From Spirochaetota bacterium (GTDB taxonomy: Bacteria > Spirochaetota > UBA4802 > UBA5550), in NCBI GenBank assembly GCA_963664815.2, contig CAXXHB010000003.1:3264001-3328000 (forward strand): DNA of 64,000 nt, read 5' to 3'. A program made the position numbers and the translations under genes. Numbering within the stretch: the first letter of the stretch is position 1; every line of letters starts with the position of its first letter. Shown here piece by piece: positions 44,924-56,147 of this stretch. Below the pieces are notes generated by a model. It made no database searches. It worked only from the letters and a program-made list of their open reading frames with translations, and had not been told where the DNA came from.

Positions 44924-45403
44924 CTATAATAACTTCAGCAGATCATGGTGTGTTTTATATGCAATATACTGATTCCCAGTAATCAATGATTGCGGTATAT
45001 CAATCTTTACTGTACATACTCCGTCAAAGACACTTAATTTTATATCTGACTTTTTAATTACCATATTTATATACCCCTTTACAAGAGTAGAATTCAGATC
45101 AGTTGAATCACTTGTACCTTTATAAAATATTACATGCCTCAGAGCATACTTCTTTGATAAAAGCATCTTTTGTGCTATTATAATTCTTTTGTCAGTTACT
45201 CTGACAATACAATTGATAAAGATAACAGACCTGGGAGATCCCCCCTGCTCCACTCTGATTCCGCTTTCTTCGAACAATATTTTTTCACCTGTTAATGAGG
45301 GGAGTTTTTCAAGAGTGGAATTTCTGTAAAAAAATACCACAATAACAAGCAGAACGCTGAAAATTAAAATAATTATCAGATTTACTGACATCTCATTCTC
45401 CAT
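44924..45403 (-). CDS. Membrane-anchored hypothetical protein (PH-like beta domain possible)
   Basis: N-terminal TM; GEKILFE and VTDKRIII patterns. Confidence 0.65.
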   Translation of the reverse strand: MENEMSVNLIIILIFSVLLVIVVFFYRNSTLEKLPSLTGEKILFEESGIRVEQGGSPRSVIFINCIVRVTDKRIIIAQKMLLSKKYALRHVIFYKGTSDSTDLNSTLVKGYINMVIKKSDIKLSVFDGVCTVKIDIPQSLITGNQYIAYKTHHDLLKLL

Positions 45404-45760
45404 TTCATTTACTCACAACTTTTAAACTGTCACTTAAAAACTTTATTCATCATATATTCTTTATACAATGCCTGCTATATTTATTGTAACTCTTTATAAA
45501 TGGAAGAACCAGATATTGTCATTAAATATTAATATACTATAAAAGTACAAATAAAGTTAACAGATCTCTATTTAATTTGTAAAAAAACTGAATCCATTGA
45601 ATAATCTTCAAAATTTAACATAATTTGATTTAAAAATATTGCTGCGCCTAAAAAAACAAGTTATCTATACTTATCTTTATCTATTTTAATTCTTGACTTT
45701 TTTACTCGTAAAAAAATACATACTTTGGACAAAATGTTCATTAAAAGAGGAGTATTAAAT

Positions 45761-48298
45761 ATGATATCTAATCTGTATGAATTCTATAAAACAACAGCTG
45801 ATAAATATTCAGATAAAATAATCTTCAATAAAAAGCAGACATATTCTGAAGTTATGACACTTGCTGAACAGAGAGCAGCTTTTCTTCAGGCAGAGGGTTA
45901 TAAAAAAGGGGATGTAATAGCTCTTCTTGCAGTCAGTAACGCCGAATGGGTAATTACTTATATGGCAGTAACCTCCATGGGAGGGGTTATACTCCCCCTT
46001 GATGTAAATCTTTCAAAGGAAAATTACCCCGGAATGCTGAAAAAACTTAAATCTAAAGCGGTTTTTATCTCTGAAGAATACAAAGGAGTTATTAAAGGAT
46101 TAAAGAGTTATCCTGTTTCGCTTGATAAGAGTCTGGAGACAAAAAAGAAATTTAAAATCCCTAAAATTTCTGAAAATGATACTGCAACATATTTATACAC
46201 TTCAGGGACTACCGGTATACCTAAAATTGTCGCCCTTACACATAAAAATATCTTCAGTACTGCTGAAAATGCCGCAGAAAGGGGTCGCATGTCTGAAAAT
46301 GATGTAATGCTCTGTTTATTGCCATTATATCATGTTTATGCACTTGTCGCATGTTTTGTAGGACCTTATGCTCACGGAGGTTCATTCATATATTTAACCT
46401 CACTTAAAGGACCTGACATAATGAAGGCTTTAGCAGAAAATCCTGTTACTATTTTTCCCGCAGCACCAATTCTGTGGGAAATGATTATGGATGGAATACT
46501 CAACAGAGTTAAGGGTGAATCTGATTTTAAATACAATCTGTTTAAATTCTTCCTGAACTACGGAACCATTATGAGAAAAATGGGACTCTCCTTTCTTGTT
46601 GATAAAATTTTTGATCCCATTCACTCTTTATTCGGCAGGCATCACAGATTTTTTATCAGTGGAGGCGCGCCGTTAAAAGATAAATACAGAAAATATTACA
46701 GGAGTATGGGTTTTACTCTACTTGAAGGATACGGTCTTACAGAAACAACAGGTCCCATTACTCTCCCCGATCCGGAAAACAATCCTGTTGGCTCAGTGGG
46801 TTCCCCAATACCCTACAATGAATCTAAAATTAAGAATATAAACAGCGAAGGCATTGGTGAAGTATGGCTCAGGGGTGATTCGGTGATGCCCGGATATTAC
46901 GACAACAAAAAAGCTAATGATGAAGTGTTCGATTCCGACGGTTTTTTCAACAGCGGAGACCTCGGAAGAATAGATAAAAAAGGGAACATTTTCCTTACAG
47001 GAAGAGTTAAAAATGTAATAGTCCTCTCATCCGGGAAAAATGTTTATCCGGAAGAACTTGAATCATTTTACAAACAGTCCGAATTTATAGAAGAGATTGC
47101 AGTTTTCGGACGTAATATTAATGGCGCTGAAAAAGTTTATGCCGTGATTGTTCCTGCCAATAAAACAGAAAAAAGTTACAGCATAGTAAAAAATGAACTC
47201 AACAGGTTAAATAAAGGACTTCCATCGTATAAAACTGTTAATAGCTTTGCTATATCTTTTGACAAGCTTCCAGTTAACTCCGCAAGAAAAATAGTTTATA
47301 GAGATATTATTAAACTTCTTGAAAAGGGTGTATTCATGGAGAATGATAATGATAAAGCCGTGCTTCAAACCGTCTTATCAGGACAAAGCCCATCTGAAAT
47401 TGAAACTATTGATATTTTAAAAAAGAAACTTAAGACTGATAAGATTTATGCAAGAGAATCACTGGCTGATTACGGAGTAGATTCTCTCGGACTTGTTGAC
47501 CTTATTGTTCATCTGGAAGAAAAACTCCAGATAGTAATAGACAGCGAAAAAATAAAGAAAATTCAGACCATGGATGAGATGGTAACATATATTTCATCTC
47601 TTGAGAAAGGGAATGGTGAAAATATTTATGACAGGCTTTTCAGAAGCAAAATCACAGAAAAGAAGTTACTCTTCTTCAATCCCATACTCTATTTCTGGAT
47701 TTTTGTCATAAAGCTCATGTTCAGATATATCTGGAAAGTGAGAATTATCAATCAAGAAAAGCTGAATATTAACAACAGCATTATTCTCGCAAACCACACA
47801 TCATACTTTGACATTCCAATGCTGGCTCATGCCTTTAAAGTCAGAGACATCAAGAACACTTACGCAATTGGCAAGGAAGAAGTTTCAGGTGTTAAATACG
47901 TATTCCCCGGCATGCCTGTTATATGGGTGGATTATGACAAAAATACAAATGAAGTATTCAAAAAAAGTTCTGACCTTCTCAGACAGAATAAATCTATAAT
48001 GATATTCCCTGAAGGTAAAAGAACCGATGATGGTAAAATACAGGAATTTAAACTCGGAGCAGCTTATCTTGCAAAGAATACAAACCGTGAAATAATACCT
48101 GTAACAATAAATGGCGCATACGATATCTGGCCTCCATCTAAAATCTTCCCTGGTAAACTATTTAAAACAAAAGGGAATCTGGTTATACATGATAAAATAA
48201 ATCCTTCAGATTACAAAAGCGTTGAAAGCCTTAATGATGCGCTTAAGAAAATAATTGAAAGCGGGCTTGATCCTGATATTAACAAACAGATGAAATAA
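45761..48298 (+). CDS. Long-chain acyl-AMP ligase / acyl carrier / PlsC acyltransferase fusion
   Basis: YTSGTTGIPK, EGYGLTE, SGDLG, GKNVYPEE; GVDSL phosphopantetheine site; NHTSYFD and FPEGKRT; ATG 45761 with AGAGGAG. Confidence 0.92.
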   Translation: MISNLYEFYKTTADKYSDKIIFNKKQTYSEVMTLAEQRAAFLQAEGYKKGDVIALLAVSNAEWVITYMAVTSMGGVILPLDVNLSKENYPGMLKKLKSKAVFISEEYKGVIKGLKSYPVSLDKSLETKKKFKIPKISENDTATYLYTSGTTGIPKIVALTHKNIFSTAENAAERGRMSENDVMLCLLPLYHVYALVACFVGPYAHGGSFIYLTSLKGPDIMKALAENPVTIFPAAPILWEMIMDGILNRVKGESDFKYNLFKFFLNYGTIMRKMGLSFLVDKIFDPIHSLFGRHHRFFISGGAPLKDKYRKYYRSMGFTLLEGYGLTETTGPITLPDPENNPVGSVGSPIPYNESKIKNINSEGIGEVWLRGDSVMPGYYDNKKANDEVFDSDGFFNSGDLGRIDKKGNIFLTGRVKNVIVLSSGKNVYPEELESFYKQSEFIEEIAVFGRNINGAEKVYAVIVPANKTEKSYSIVKNELNRLNKGLPSYKTVNSFAISFDKLPVNSARKIVYRDIIKLLEKGVFMENDNDKAVLQTVLSGQSPSEIETIDILKKKLKTDKIYARESLADYGVDSLGLVDLIVHLEEKLQIVIDSEKIKKIQTMDEMVTYISSLEKGNGENIYDRLFRSKITEKKLLFFNPILYFWIFVIKLMFRYIWKVRIINQEKLNINNSIILANHTSYFDIPMLAHAFKVRDIKNTYAIGKEEVSGVKYVFPGMPVIWVDYDKNTNEVFKKSSDLLRQNKSIMIFPEGKRTDDGKIQEFKLGAAYLAKNTNREIIPVTINGAYDIWPPSKIFPGKLFKTKGNLVIHDKINPSDYKSVESLNDALKKIIESGLDPDINKQMK

Positions 48299-48338
48299 AA
48301 AAAGGTTAGAGGAGGAAAATTCCTCCTCTAACCTTTTT
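48299..48338. terminator. Bidirectional intrinsic terminator
   Basis: AAAAAGGTTAGAGGAGGA-AAAT-TCCTCCTCTAACCTTTTT perfect 18-bp stem between convergent genes. Confidence 0.9.
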
Positions 48339-48383
48339 AAGATAAATCCATAAGTGATTATATATAAGACTGAAGCAATATTA

Positions 48384-49007
48384 CTACCTGGAATAATGAG
48401 CTTTTAACTCTTTCAGAATATCTGCAACTGCTTTATCGTTTTTTTCATAACTCCTTCTGTACCAGAATGAAAGCTGTTTAAAGCCGCTCCATTGTGTGAT
48501 TTCACCTGCTGTATCTATTGTTTTAACTCCTGGTTTCTTCTGTTTTTTATTCATCTTTTTCATCATGCTGTCATATTCAGGATTGTTGCGGAATTCGATG
48601 AGAGTTTCGACTTCCTCTTTAAGTATTTCATCGTAAAACTTTTCCGGGAATAGTTTGAATAATTCATCCCTGTTTGCTTTCCATAGTTTTTCAATTCTCA
48701 CACCAGACCTGTCAGACAATGTCGAAATATATTTACCCCTGTCTGATACATTCAGCCCGGATTCTTTAAGAGCCTCTTTTCCCCATTTCGAAAGTATATA
48801 TGATGACGGATTATTTTTTTCTGTAGTAGCAGTATACTGGAAAAATCTCAGGGCATTTATATAACCATTCTCTGAAGTTGATTTGCTTATCAAAGTTTTA
48901 ACTAATTCCACAGCCGCAATATCCTTATCCGCTGCGATTGAAACTGAAATAACTAATATCAGACTTAAAGCCAAAACCGTGACCTTCTTCATACAGATCC
49001 TCTTCAC
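48384..49007 (-). CDS. Exported hypothetical protein
   Basis: Signal peptide MKKVTVLALSLILVISVSIAA; helical Lys-rich body. Confidence 0.7.
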   Translation of the reverse strand: MKRICMKKVTVLALSLILVISVSIAADKDIAAVELVKTLISKSTSENGYINALRFFQYTATTEKNNPSSYILSKWGKEALKESGLNVSDRGKYISTLSDRSGVRIEKLWKANRDELFKLFPEKFYDEILKEEVETLIEFRNNPEYDSMMKKMNKKQKKPGVKTIDTAGEITQWSGFKQLSFWYRRSYEKNDKAVADILKELKAHYSR

Positions 49008-49020
49008 AACATATTACAAA

Positions 49021-49497
49021 CTAAACTTCAGCTTTTACTGCCGATACCGCAACCTTTGAAGATATTCCAAGAGATATATTAATTTTGTCATTAACAGTAA
49101 ATGGTTCGCAATAATCTTCGTCAATTTTTATTTCACATCTTTCCATGAAAACAATATAATACTTTCTTTTTCTCACGGCCTCATTTTTTATTTTGTCAAC
49201 CCTCCCCGATACAACCTGAACACGGGCTGATTCTATATCAGAACCAAGCTGCCAGACTTTATTAAATGAAAACATTATAAACGGTATGGTAAATACCGCC
49301 ACAACAGCTAAAAAAATACCTATATTCATCGCATTGGATTTTCCGGAAATATATGCAATTATAAGAAGAGCAATAATAATTGCATCCGCAAGAATAAATG
49401 CACTGCCTATGCGTTTATAATGTTTTATCTTGTTTTTAAATCTGTTCACAACCATCTCTTTGTCTTTATCTTCAACAATTTCAATATATTTATTCAT
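49021..49497 (-). CDS. Hypothetical membrane protein (two TMs plus OB-like C-terminus)
   Basis: Two hydrophobic helices; GAGG RBS. Confidence 0.7.
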   Translation of the reverse strand: MNKYIEIVEDKDKEMVVNRFKNKIKHYKRIGSAFILADAIIIALLIIAYISGKSNAMNIGIFLAVVAVFTIPFIMFSFNKVWQLGSDIESARVQVVSGRVDKIKNEAVRKRKYYIVFMERCEIKIDEDYCEPFTVNDKINISLGISSKVAVSAVKAEV

Positions 49498-49532
49498 AAC
49501 ATCCTCACTTTACACAATAGTATCAATAATAT

Positions 49533-49562
49533 TATCTACATATAAATCTATCTACATATAAA
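49533..49562. repeat. Direct repeat, TATCTACATATAAA x2
   Basis: Exact 14-bp copies at 49533 and 49549. Confidence 0.7.
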
Positions 49563-49834
49563 ATATTAAAAAATATAACAACAACAAATAAGACTTTTAA
49601 TATATTTATCTTATTAAATAGTAAGTTTATAAATATATTTTAAAGATTATATACAGATTATTCTATTTAACCGTATATAGATCAAGATTTTTTTCATGAA
49701 GTTTAAAATAAATAAACGAACAGAATTTTTTCTGAAAGACACCATCAATAACATTGTTTTACTAAAAAAATATGATTGAGTCAGGTTATTCTTAATATAA
49801 TAATAAACATAATCTCAAAAATGATGAATATAAT

Positions 49835-50032
49835 ATGATGTGCAGAGCATGCATCAGGAACTGTCCGGTTGATGCCATCTCAACTGAAAATGGGAAGGAT
49901 CATAAAAAATGTACCTCATTCCAGGACTTAACGGCAGAAAAGTTTAAACCGAGGTACGGATGCGGCAAGTGCCAGGTAGGTGTTCCATGTGAAAGCAGGA
50001 TACCGGCCAGGAGGAGAGATTCTTCAGCTTAA
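49835..50032 (+). pseudogene. C-terminal fragment of a 4Fe-4S protein (epoxyqueuosine-reductase-like)
   Basis: CRACIRNCPVDAI...KDHKKC...GCGKCQVGVPCE; first cluster Cys and N-terminal domain missing, upstream DNA is AT-rich non-coding. Confidence 0.65.
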
Positions 50033-50078
50033 CAGGAATAATTGATCTGTAAAGAGTTAAAATATTTGCTATTTGCTT

Positions 50079-50717
50079 TTATTCCCTGTTGGCAGACAGT
50101 ACAAGATTTATACCCAGCCCAATAAGTATTGTACCGGCGATTTTATCAATTATACCACCAATAAAAGGTTTATCATTGATAATTGACACCGCTTTATCCG
50201 CAAGGATCACTATAGTCCATTCAATAGGGATTGCCATAAATATAATTATACCCCCCAGAAGAAAGGTCTGCTGAGCGAAAGAACCATGCTCCGGCCTGAT
50301 AAACTGAGGTATAAAGGCTATGAAAAATATAGCAACTTTTGGATTGAAAATATCAACCAGCACTCCCTGTCTGAACGCTTCAGCAAAACTGATTTCACCT
50401 TTAAACTGTTTTTCGGGAAGAGAATCTCCTCTTCCTGAAAAAAAAGATTTTATACCCAAATAACAAAGATATACTGCACCGGTATACTTTATCGCAGAAA
50501 ACACAACTACTGATGCTGAGAGCACTGCCGACAAACCGAACGCTACAAGTGTTATATGGAATAGGGCTCCTGTACATACGCCCAGAGATGAAACAAAGCC
50601 TGTCCTTTTGCCATGAGCAAAAGTTCTGGAAAGAATATAAAGAATATCCGGGCCGGGTGAGACATTAATAATAAATGCCGCCGTTAAAAAAAGAATCCAG
50701 TAACTGTAATCAGTCAT
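50079..50717 (-). CDS. LysE/RhtB-family exporter
   Basis: SPGPD, GAVYLCYLGI, FRQG...NPKVAIFF..F.PQF. Confidence 0.92.
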   Translation of the reverse strand: MTDYSYWILFLTAAFIINVSPGPDILYILSRTFAHGKRTGFVSSLGVCTGALFHITLVAFGLSAVLSASVVVFSAIKYTGAVYLCYLGIKSFFSGRGDSLPEKQFKGEISFAEAFRQGVLVDIFNPKVAIFFIAFIPQFIRPEHGSFAQQTFLLGGIIIFMAIPIEWTIVILADKAVSIINDKPFIGGIIDKIAGTILIGLGINLVLSANRE

Positions 50718-50983
50718 GATTAAGATATCCTCCGGTAATTACACAGCAATTATATGATAATATCGGAAATTGTAAAGGATTATTCACCCTGAGTTCTGCA
50801 TAAAAGAAAGAAAAAATGTCCGTTTTTTACAATACAAATCTTTTTAAATGATGTATCATTGCATAATAAAAAACTTTCAGAGCCGATATGACATGATTGT
50901 GCAGTTTCACAAATTGCAAAGCAATCACCAGATATAAACAGTAAAATAATTTAAAAAATGAAATACCAAAAGGAGTACACCAT

Positions 50984-52492
50984 ATGACAAGATTTAATGA
51001 ATATGATCAATATGACGGGACAGGTCTTGCCGGGCTGATCAGAGAGAGGAAAATCAGTGCAATGGAGGTCTGTGAAGAGGCTATCTGTCGGGCAGAAGAG
51101 ATTAATCCGAAACTGAACGCCATTATAACACCAATGTACGACAACGCGCGTAATACGGTTAAATATTACGACACAGGCGCTCCGTTCAGCGGTGTTCCGT
51201 TTTTATTAAAGGACGTACATCACGCGCTTAAGGGTTATCCCATGAGTTCAGGTAGCAGACTGCTGAAAAACTATGTCCCCGATTATAATGCGGAAATAGT
51301 TACCCGTTTCATGAATTCCGGAGTTGTCATAATCGGGAAAACCAATACCCCTGAATTTAAACTTGCCTATGTTACTGAACCTGAAGCATTCGGTCCGACA
51401 CGTAATCCCTGGAATACCGAGTATTCCAGCGGCGGGTCAAGCGGCGGCTCTGCTGCTGCTGTCGCTGCACGGATAGTCCCTATTGCATCAGCTACAGATG
51501 AGGGGGGCTCAATACGTGTACCATCATCCTACTGCGGTGTATTCGGATTTAAACCGGGGAGAGGACGCAATCCTGTGGGCCCGGACTTTAACGAAGAATG
51601 GGACGGAATGTCATACAGTCATATAATATCAAGATCGGTGCGCGACTCTGCTGCCATGCTTGATGCAGTATCAGGTATTGAAAACGGTTCTCCTTACGGC
51701 ACAGTCAAACCGGAAAAACCATTTGCTGAAGAGGTAACCATTGATCCCGGCAGTCTTCGGATAGGTTATTATACAAGATATGCATATGGGATGAAACCGG
51801 ATGCTGAATGCATCAATGCCGTTTCAGAAACCTGCAGGCTTCTTGAAAATCTTGGGCACAGAGTTGAAGAGATTTCTCCGGATTACAATGAGGATGAGTT
51901 AGCAATGTACTGGAGCATTATTATGATAGGTAACGAAACTGCCCTTGTTGACAAACTCGTTCAGACTTTTGGAAAGCCCGAAGTAAAAAACGGACTTGAG
52001 TTGTCAAATTACGCATTATATTGCGTCGGCCGGAAAATGAAGGCTCTGGACTTTGTTAAGGCTAAACGGAACTGGCGTAAAACCGGACTTGCCATGTCTT
52101 TGATGATGAACAGATATGATATAATACTTACACCTACACTGGGCAAACCACCGGTACTGGCGGGATCACTGCGCCCCGGTAAGTCCGATATCCGCTCACT
52201 GAAATTTCTTACTTCTGCGGCAGGAAGAATTCTTCTCAGCAGTAAAAAAGTTACCGCATCAATCATGGAGGAGCTTGTAAAAAATACCATAAAAACCCAG
52301 ATGCCATTTACCATAATTGCAAATATAACCGGGCAACCGGCAATGTCTTTACCACTTTACTGGTCGACAAAGGATCTGCCTATAGGTGTTCAGTTTATCG
52401 GCCGATACGGTGATGAATCGGAACTTTTCCGGCTGGCAGGACAACTTGAAAGAGCAAAACCATGGATTGACAGAAAACCACCTGCCAGTTAA
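50984..52492 (+). CDS. Amidase-signature family amidase
   Basis: [38 protein letters not shown] (Lys-cisSer-Ser triad). Confidence 0.95.
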   Translation: MTRFNEYDQYDGTGLAGLIRERKISAMEVCEEAICRAEEINPKLNAIITPMYDNARNTVKYYDTGAPFSGVPFLLKDVHHALKGYPMSSGSRLLKNYVPDYNAEIVTRFMNSGVVIIGKTNTPEFKLAYVTEPEAFGPTRNPWNTEYSSGGSSGGSAAAVAARIVPIASATDEGGSIRVPSSYCGVFGFKPGRGRNPVGPDFNEEWDGMSYSHIISRSVRDSAAMLDAVSGIENGSPYGTVKPEKPFAEEVTIDPGSLRIGYYTRYAYGMKPDAECINAVSETCRLLENLGHRVEEISPDYNEDELAMYWSIIMIGNETALVDKLVQTFGKPEVKNGLELSNYALYCVGRKMKALDFVKAKRNWRKTGLAMSLMMNRYDIILTPTLGKPPVLAGSLRPGKSDIRSLKFLTSAAGRILLSSKKVTASIMEELVKNTIKTQMPFTIIANITGQPAMSLPLYWSTKDLPIGVQFIGRYGDESELFRLAGQLERAKPWIDRKPPAS

Positions 52493-52593
52493 TTATTTTT
52501 ATTTGACAAATGTACTTTTACTCTGTATAAAAACCATGCTGTTACTCCGGAGGCGTTTAGAAAATCTTACATAAGCGAGTATGGAGTATCCCG

Positions 52594-53490
52594 GTGAATA
52601 GCTATTTTGAAAAGAACCTGATGAATAACCCGGCTACCAAATCCAACTGGCTCCCCAGCCTTGACGGAAGAAAGGACTACTGCGAAGTAAGACAGCTCCC
52701 TTATGCAATAAATCCATATCACGATGTGAACAACATACATGTAGCCTTCCCGAGTAACCAGTTAAAACATATGATTGCAGTCTACCATCAGGTACATCAT
52801 AAAATTGACGGATCAGGACCTGTAATAATTTATCCCACTGGCAGCGTATCACTCGTATTCTGCAGTCACCCGCAAAAACATGGTTCCTACTTTATAGGCA
52901 CATCCACTCAACCGCAACCTGCGGGTTATTCAATGCCGGGAATGGATTACTTTGTTGTAACATTCTGGCCGGGAAGGTCATACTCGTTCATCCCTGTTCC
53001 TGCCGCAGAACTTATCGACACATATATTCCGATGCAGGAAATTCTCGGAGAATACTCTAAAAGAATAACTGAGGAGATTATCCTGGCATCAACATTTGAG
53101 GAGAGGATTTATAAATGGGAAAACTTCATCATGAATTATACTCCACGGCTTATAGAAATACCACCGGAAATTTCACAACTTGTTGAATCGATATGGCGTT
53201 CCCGCCACGATTTGAACGAAAGACTTTTACTGCGTTACAACTGCTACTCGGATCGCCATGTCCGGAGGCTTTTTTACAAATATGTCGGCGTTTCACCTAA
53301 ATTATTTGCAGATATCAGCCGTTACCAGAATATCCTCAGAGCGCTCGGCAGCAGCCGGCAGCAGAGTATCTTCAGGCTGGCGCTGGATCAGGGATTCTTC
53401 GACCAGTCCCACTTTATAAAAATATTTAAAAGATTTCAGGGTACAACACCTGGCCAGTTTATCAGCCAGTTTGTCCCTGATAAGAAATAA
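52594..53490 (+). CDS. AraC-family regulator with DUF6597-like N-domain
   Basis: IYPTGSVSLVF N-domain; SDRHVRRLF..YVGVSPK and GFFDQSHFIKIFKRFQGTTP HTHs. Confidence 0.9.
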   Translation: MNSYFEKNLMNNPATKSNWLPSLDGRKDYCEVRQLPYAINPYHDVNNIHVAFPSNQLKHMIAVYHQVHHKIDGSGPVIIYPTGSVSLVFCSHPQKHGSYFIGTSTQPQPAGYSMPGMDYFVVTFWPGRSYSFIPVPAAELIDTYIPMQEILGEYSKRITEEIILASTFEERIYKWENFIMNYTPRLIEIPPEISQLVESIWRSRHDLNERLLLRYNCYSDRHVRRLFYKYVGVSPKLFADISRYQNILRALGSSRQQSIFRLALDQGFFDQSHFIKIFKRFQGTTPGQFISQFVPDKK

Positions 53491-53638
53491 TATTGCTTAA
53501 ACGGTTTATCAGAATATACCGGAATGAATTTTTCCACTAATCCCGGCATATCACTGAAATTTACACTTTTTTTAAAATGCTTCTGTTCACCGATCAGTCA
53601 GACTGTAATCATTAATGCTGTGAGAATGATCTCCATAT

Positions 53639-55240
53639 CTAGTTTTTAAGATTTATTAACCTTTTAATCTCCTCTTTAAGCACCACCTTGTTTACCTTCC
53701 CGGTAGCAAGCAGAGGGAGTTCAGGTTTAATAATAAACTTTTTTGGAACCTTGAAATTAGCAAGTTTATCCCGGCAGATATTTCTGACCTCATCCTCGGT
53801 AGCTGATTTACCCGGTTTAAGCATTATAAATGCCCACCCTACTTCCTGATAAAGCGGATCAGGTACCCCTATTACTGCCGAGAACATCACGGCCGGATGC
53901 GATTCTATGACCTCCTCAACCTCCCGCGGAAATACATTTTCTCCACCCGTTTTAAACATCTCCGATTTTCTGCCGGTCATAAACAGATTGCCGTTTTCAT
54001 CCAGATACGCCAGATCATTGCTGTGAAACCACCCATCTGCATCAAAGGCTTTCTTCGTAGCTTCAGGCTGATTGAGATATTCCTTAAAAAGGAAAGGGCC
54101 TCTGAACACCATCTCTCCCACTGTTCCCGGTTCTGCATCATTGTTATTGTCATCTACAATACGCAGTTCCATCGGTGAAGGAACTTTGCCTATTGATCTG
54201 GCTATAAAATCAAGGGTGTCATCATCAGCAGTATATGTAATAAGGCCGCAAGCTTCCGTGCTGCCGTAAGCGTTATTTACAAGACACCCCGTTTCACCTT
54301 TAATTCTTTTTATTTCATTTATAAGCGGCGCAGGGGGAATTGCCCCGGAAATTACAAAATAGCGTATTGTTTTGTACCAGCTGAGATTTTTCCAGTGAGG
54401 AGTCTGCATCTGCATAAGATACATTACAGGTACCTGCCCGAGTATTGTTATTTTTTCAGCGGTGATAACCTCCAGAGACTGCACCGGATCAAACTTATCG
54501 AGAAATATCAGCGATGCTCCACCCATAATGCATGAACACCCTATCTCCACATCTGAAGCCACGTGGTTTATAGGAAAATGCACAAGCATTCTGTCTTTAG
54601 GTGTAATTCTTAACTTCTGGATCATTACACGGATGTTGGATATTATACTCTTATGTGTCTGTACAACCCCCTTTGGTTTTCCTGTAGATCCGGAGGTATA
54701 CATAAGTAGCGCATTACATTCGTCACTGACATCGGCTGCTCTCTGTTCAAGAGCTTTATCCAGACCGCTTCGCGGAACAGAGATGAAATCATTGTAGTTT
54801 TCCGCACCCTGAAATGATTCTCCGATTACCAGTATTTTCTGAATAAACGGGAATTCTTTCCTTAGTGTAATCAGGTTTGCGGAAAGATCATTGCCGAGAA
54901 ATTCCCTTAATGTTATTATCAGTTTCGGCTTACTGTCACCTATCTGGTATCTGAACTCATCCAGTGTAAACTTTGGATTAAGCCCCAGCCACATAGCTCC
55001 AATTTTACCCGCCGCCATGTAGGTTTCAACAAACTCATTCCGTCCCATGGCAATCATGGCTATGTTGTCACCTTTCTGTATGCCTATTTCAAGGAATGCC
55101 TTTGCGGCATTATTCATCCTCTCCCGGAATTCCTTCCATGAAAACCTTAAATCTTCATAGACAAGCGCCTCTTTATCCGGCTGTTCATCCGCCCATTTTT
55201 CCACAAAATGCCACATCTGTGAAAGATTCTTCCAGTTCAT
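53639..55240 (-). CDS. Acyl-CoA synthetase (class I adenylate-forming enzyme)
   Basis: YTSGSTGKPKG, YGSTE, GRKSEMFKTGGENVFPREVE, LANFKVPK, TGKV. Confidence 0.93.
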   Translation of the reverse strand: MNWKNLSQMWHFVEKWADEQPDKEALVYEDLRFSWKEFRERMNNAAKAFLEIGIQKGDNIAMIAMGRNEFVETYMAAGKIGAMWLGLNPKFTLDEFRYQIGDSKPKLIITLREFLGNDLSANLITLRKEFPFIQKILVIGESFQGAENYNDFISVPRSGLDKALEQRAADVSDECNALLMYTSGSTGKPKGVVQTHKSIISNIRVMIQKLRITPKDRMLVHFPINHVASDVEIGCSCIMGGASLIFLDKFDPVQSLEVITAEKITILGQVPVMYLMQMQTPHWKNLSWYKTIRYFVISGAIPPAPLINEIKRIKGETGCLVNNAYGSTEACGLITYTADDDTLDFIARSIGKVPSPMELRIVDDNNNDAEPGTVGEMVFRGPFLFKEYLNQPEATKKAFDADGWFHSNDLAYLDENGNLFMTGRKSEMFKTGGENVFPREVEEVIESHPAVMFSAVIGVPDPLYQEVGWAFIMLKPGKSATEDEVRNICRDKLANFKVPKKFIIKPELPLLATGKVNKVVLKEEIKRLINLKN

Positions 55241-55314
55241 AAATCCCCCTTAAGTAAAAAATATTTTTTAATACCTTCAAGCAAGAGTTTCACAATATAC
55301 GCACAGTACTTTGC

Positions 55315-55710
55315 TTAATCTGTAACGGCGTCCTCAATATCAATAACAACCTTATCCAGTATTCTGGAGTTAGACTGATTGCATACATTAACCGCCAGCG
55401 TGTTTCCCGAAAACTCCTCAGCGGAAATTACAACCGTATCACCCGGAAATAATGGCGATGCGAACCGGCACCGGAATTTTTTAATTGAATCGGGATTACC
55501 GATCATGCTGCCGACAGCATCAATGACCATCGCGACAGTGCAGAGCCCATGAAGGATGTTTCTTTTTAAACCGAATGATCTCGCCAGTTCAGGATCAATA
55601 TGGAGAGGACTGAAGTCGCCGGATGCGGCTGCGTAATAAATCGGACGGTATTTATCTATTTCTATCTGTGTAATGCTTTCTTTTATTTTAAGTTGAATTG
55701 TCTCCATCAT
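55315..55710 (-). CDS. MaoC-family (R)-specific enoyl-CoA hydratase/dehydratase, catalytic subunit
   Basis: YAAASGDFSPLHID...ILHG motif; FASPLFPGD. Confidence 0.9.
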   Translation of the reverse strand: MMETIQLKIKESITQIEIDKYRPIYYAAASGDFSPLHIDPELARSFGLKRNILHGLCTVAMVIDAVGSMIGNPDSIKKFRCRFASPLFPGDTVVISAEEFSGNTLAVNVCNQSNSRILDKVVIDIEDAVTD

Positions 55711-56147
55711 GGTTTCCTTATTAAAATTGTAAAAACGCCCCTGCATACCTGAGCATCTTCCTGATTCCAGGTACTCAGCTCCAGATCCATCTTTTCAAAA
55801 ATATTCCTGTTTTCGATATTCAGTATTTTACCGAAAGTCGTAAGCCGGTCTCCGGCAAATATCGGGTGATGAAACTCAAACTCCTGCCCTCCGTGCAGCA
55901 TTCTCGGGTAATCTATGCCAAGATCCTTATCCGTAAGGATATAATCAAAAATATCAGCCTGCGGTACAACTATGAAGCATGGAGGAGCCTGCAGCCTTTG
56001 TGGCAATCTGCTCATTTCACTTAACGGAACTGAATACAACGGTGAAGGATTTTTTGTCGCTTTTGCGTATTCAAGAATTTTACGCGCGTATACATCGTAG
56101 ACCATCGGCGGATAGGTTTTGCCGGCAGCTGAAGGATTTAACGCCAT
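55707..56147 (-). CDS. MaoC N-terminal-like (HadA-type) hot-dog subunit
   Basis: YAKAT...P.Y, APP, LHGGQEFEFHHPIFAGD; GGAGG RBS. Confidence 0.85.
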   Translation of the reverse strand: MALNPSAAGKTYPPMVYDVYARKILEYAKATKNPSPLYSVPLSEMSRLPQRLQAPPCFIVVPQADIFDYILTDKDLGIDYPRMLHGGQEFEFHHPIFAGDRLTTFGKILNIENRNIFEKMDLELSTWNQEDAQVCRGVFTILIRKP

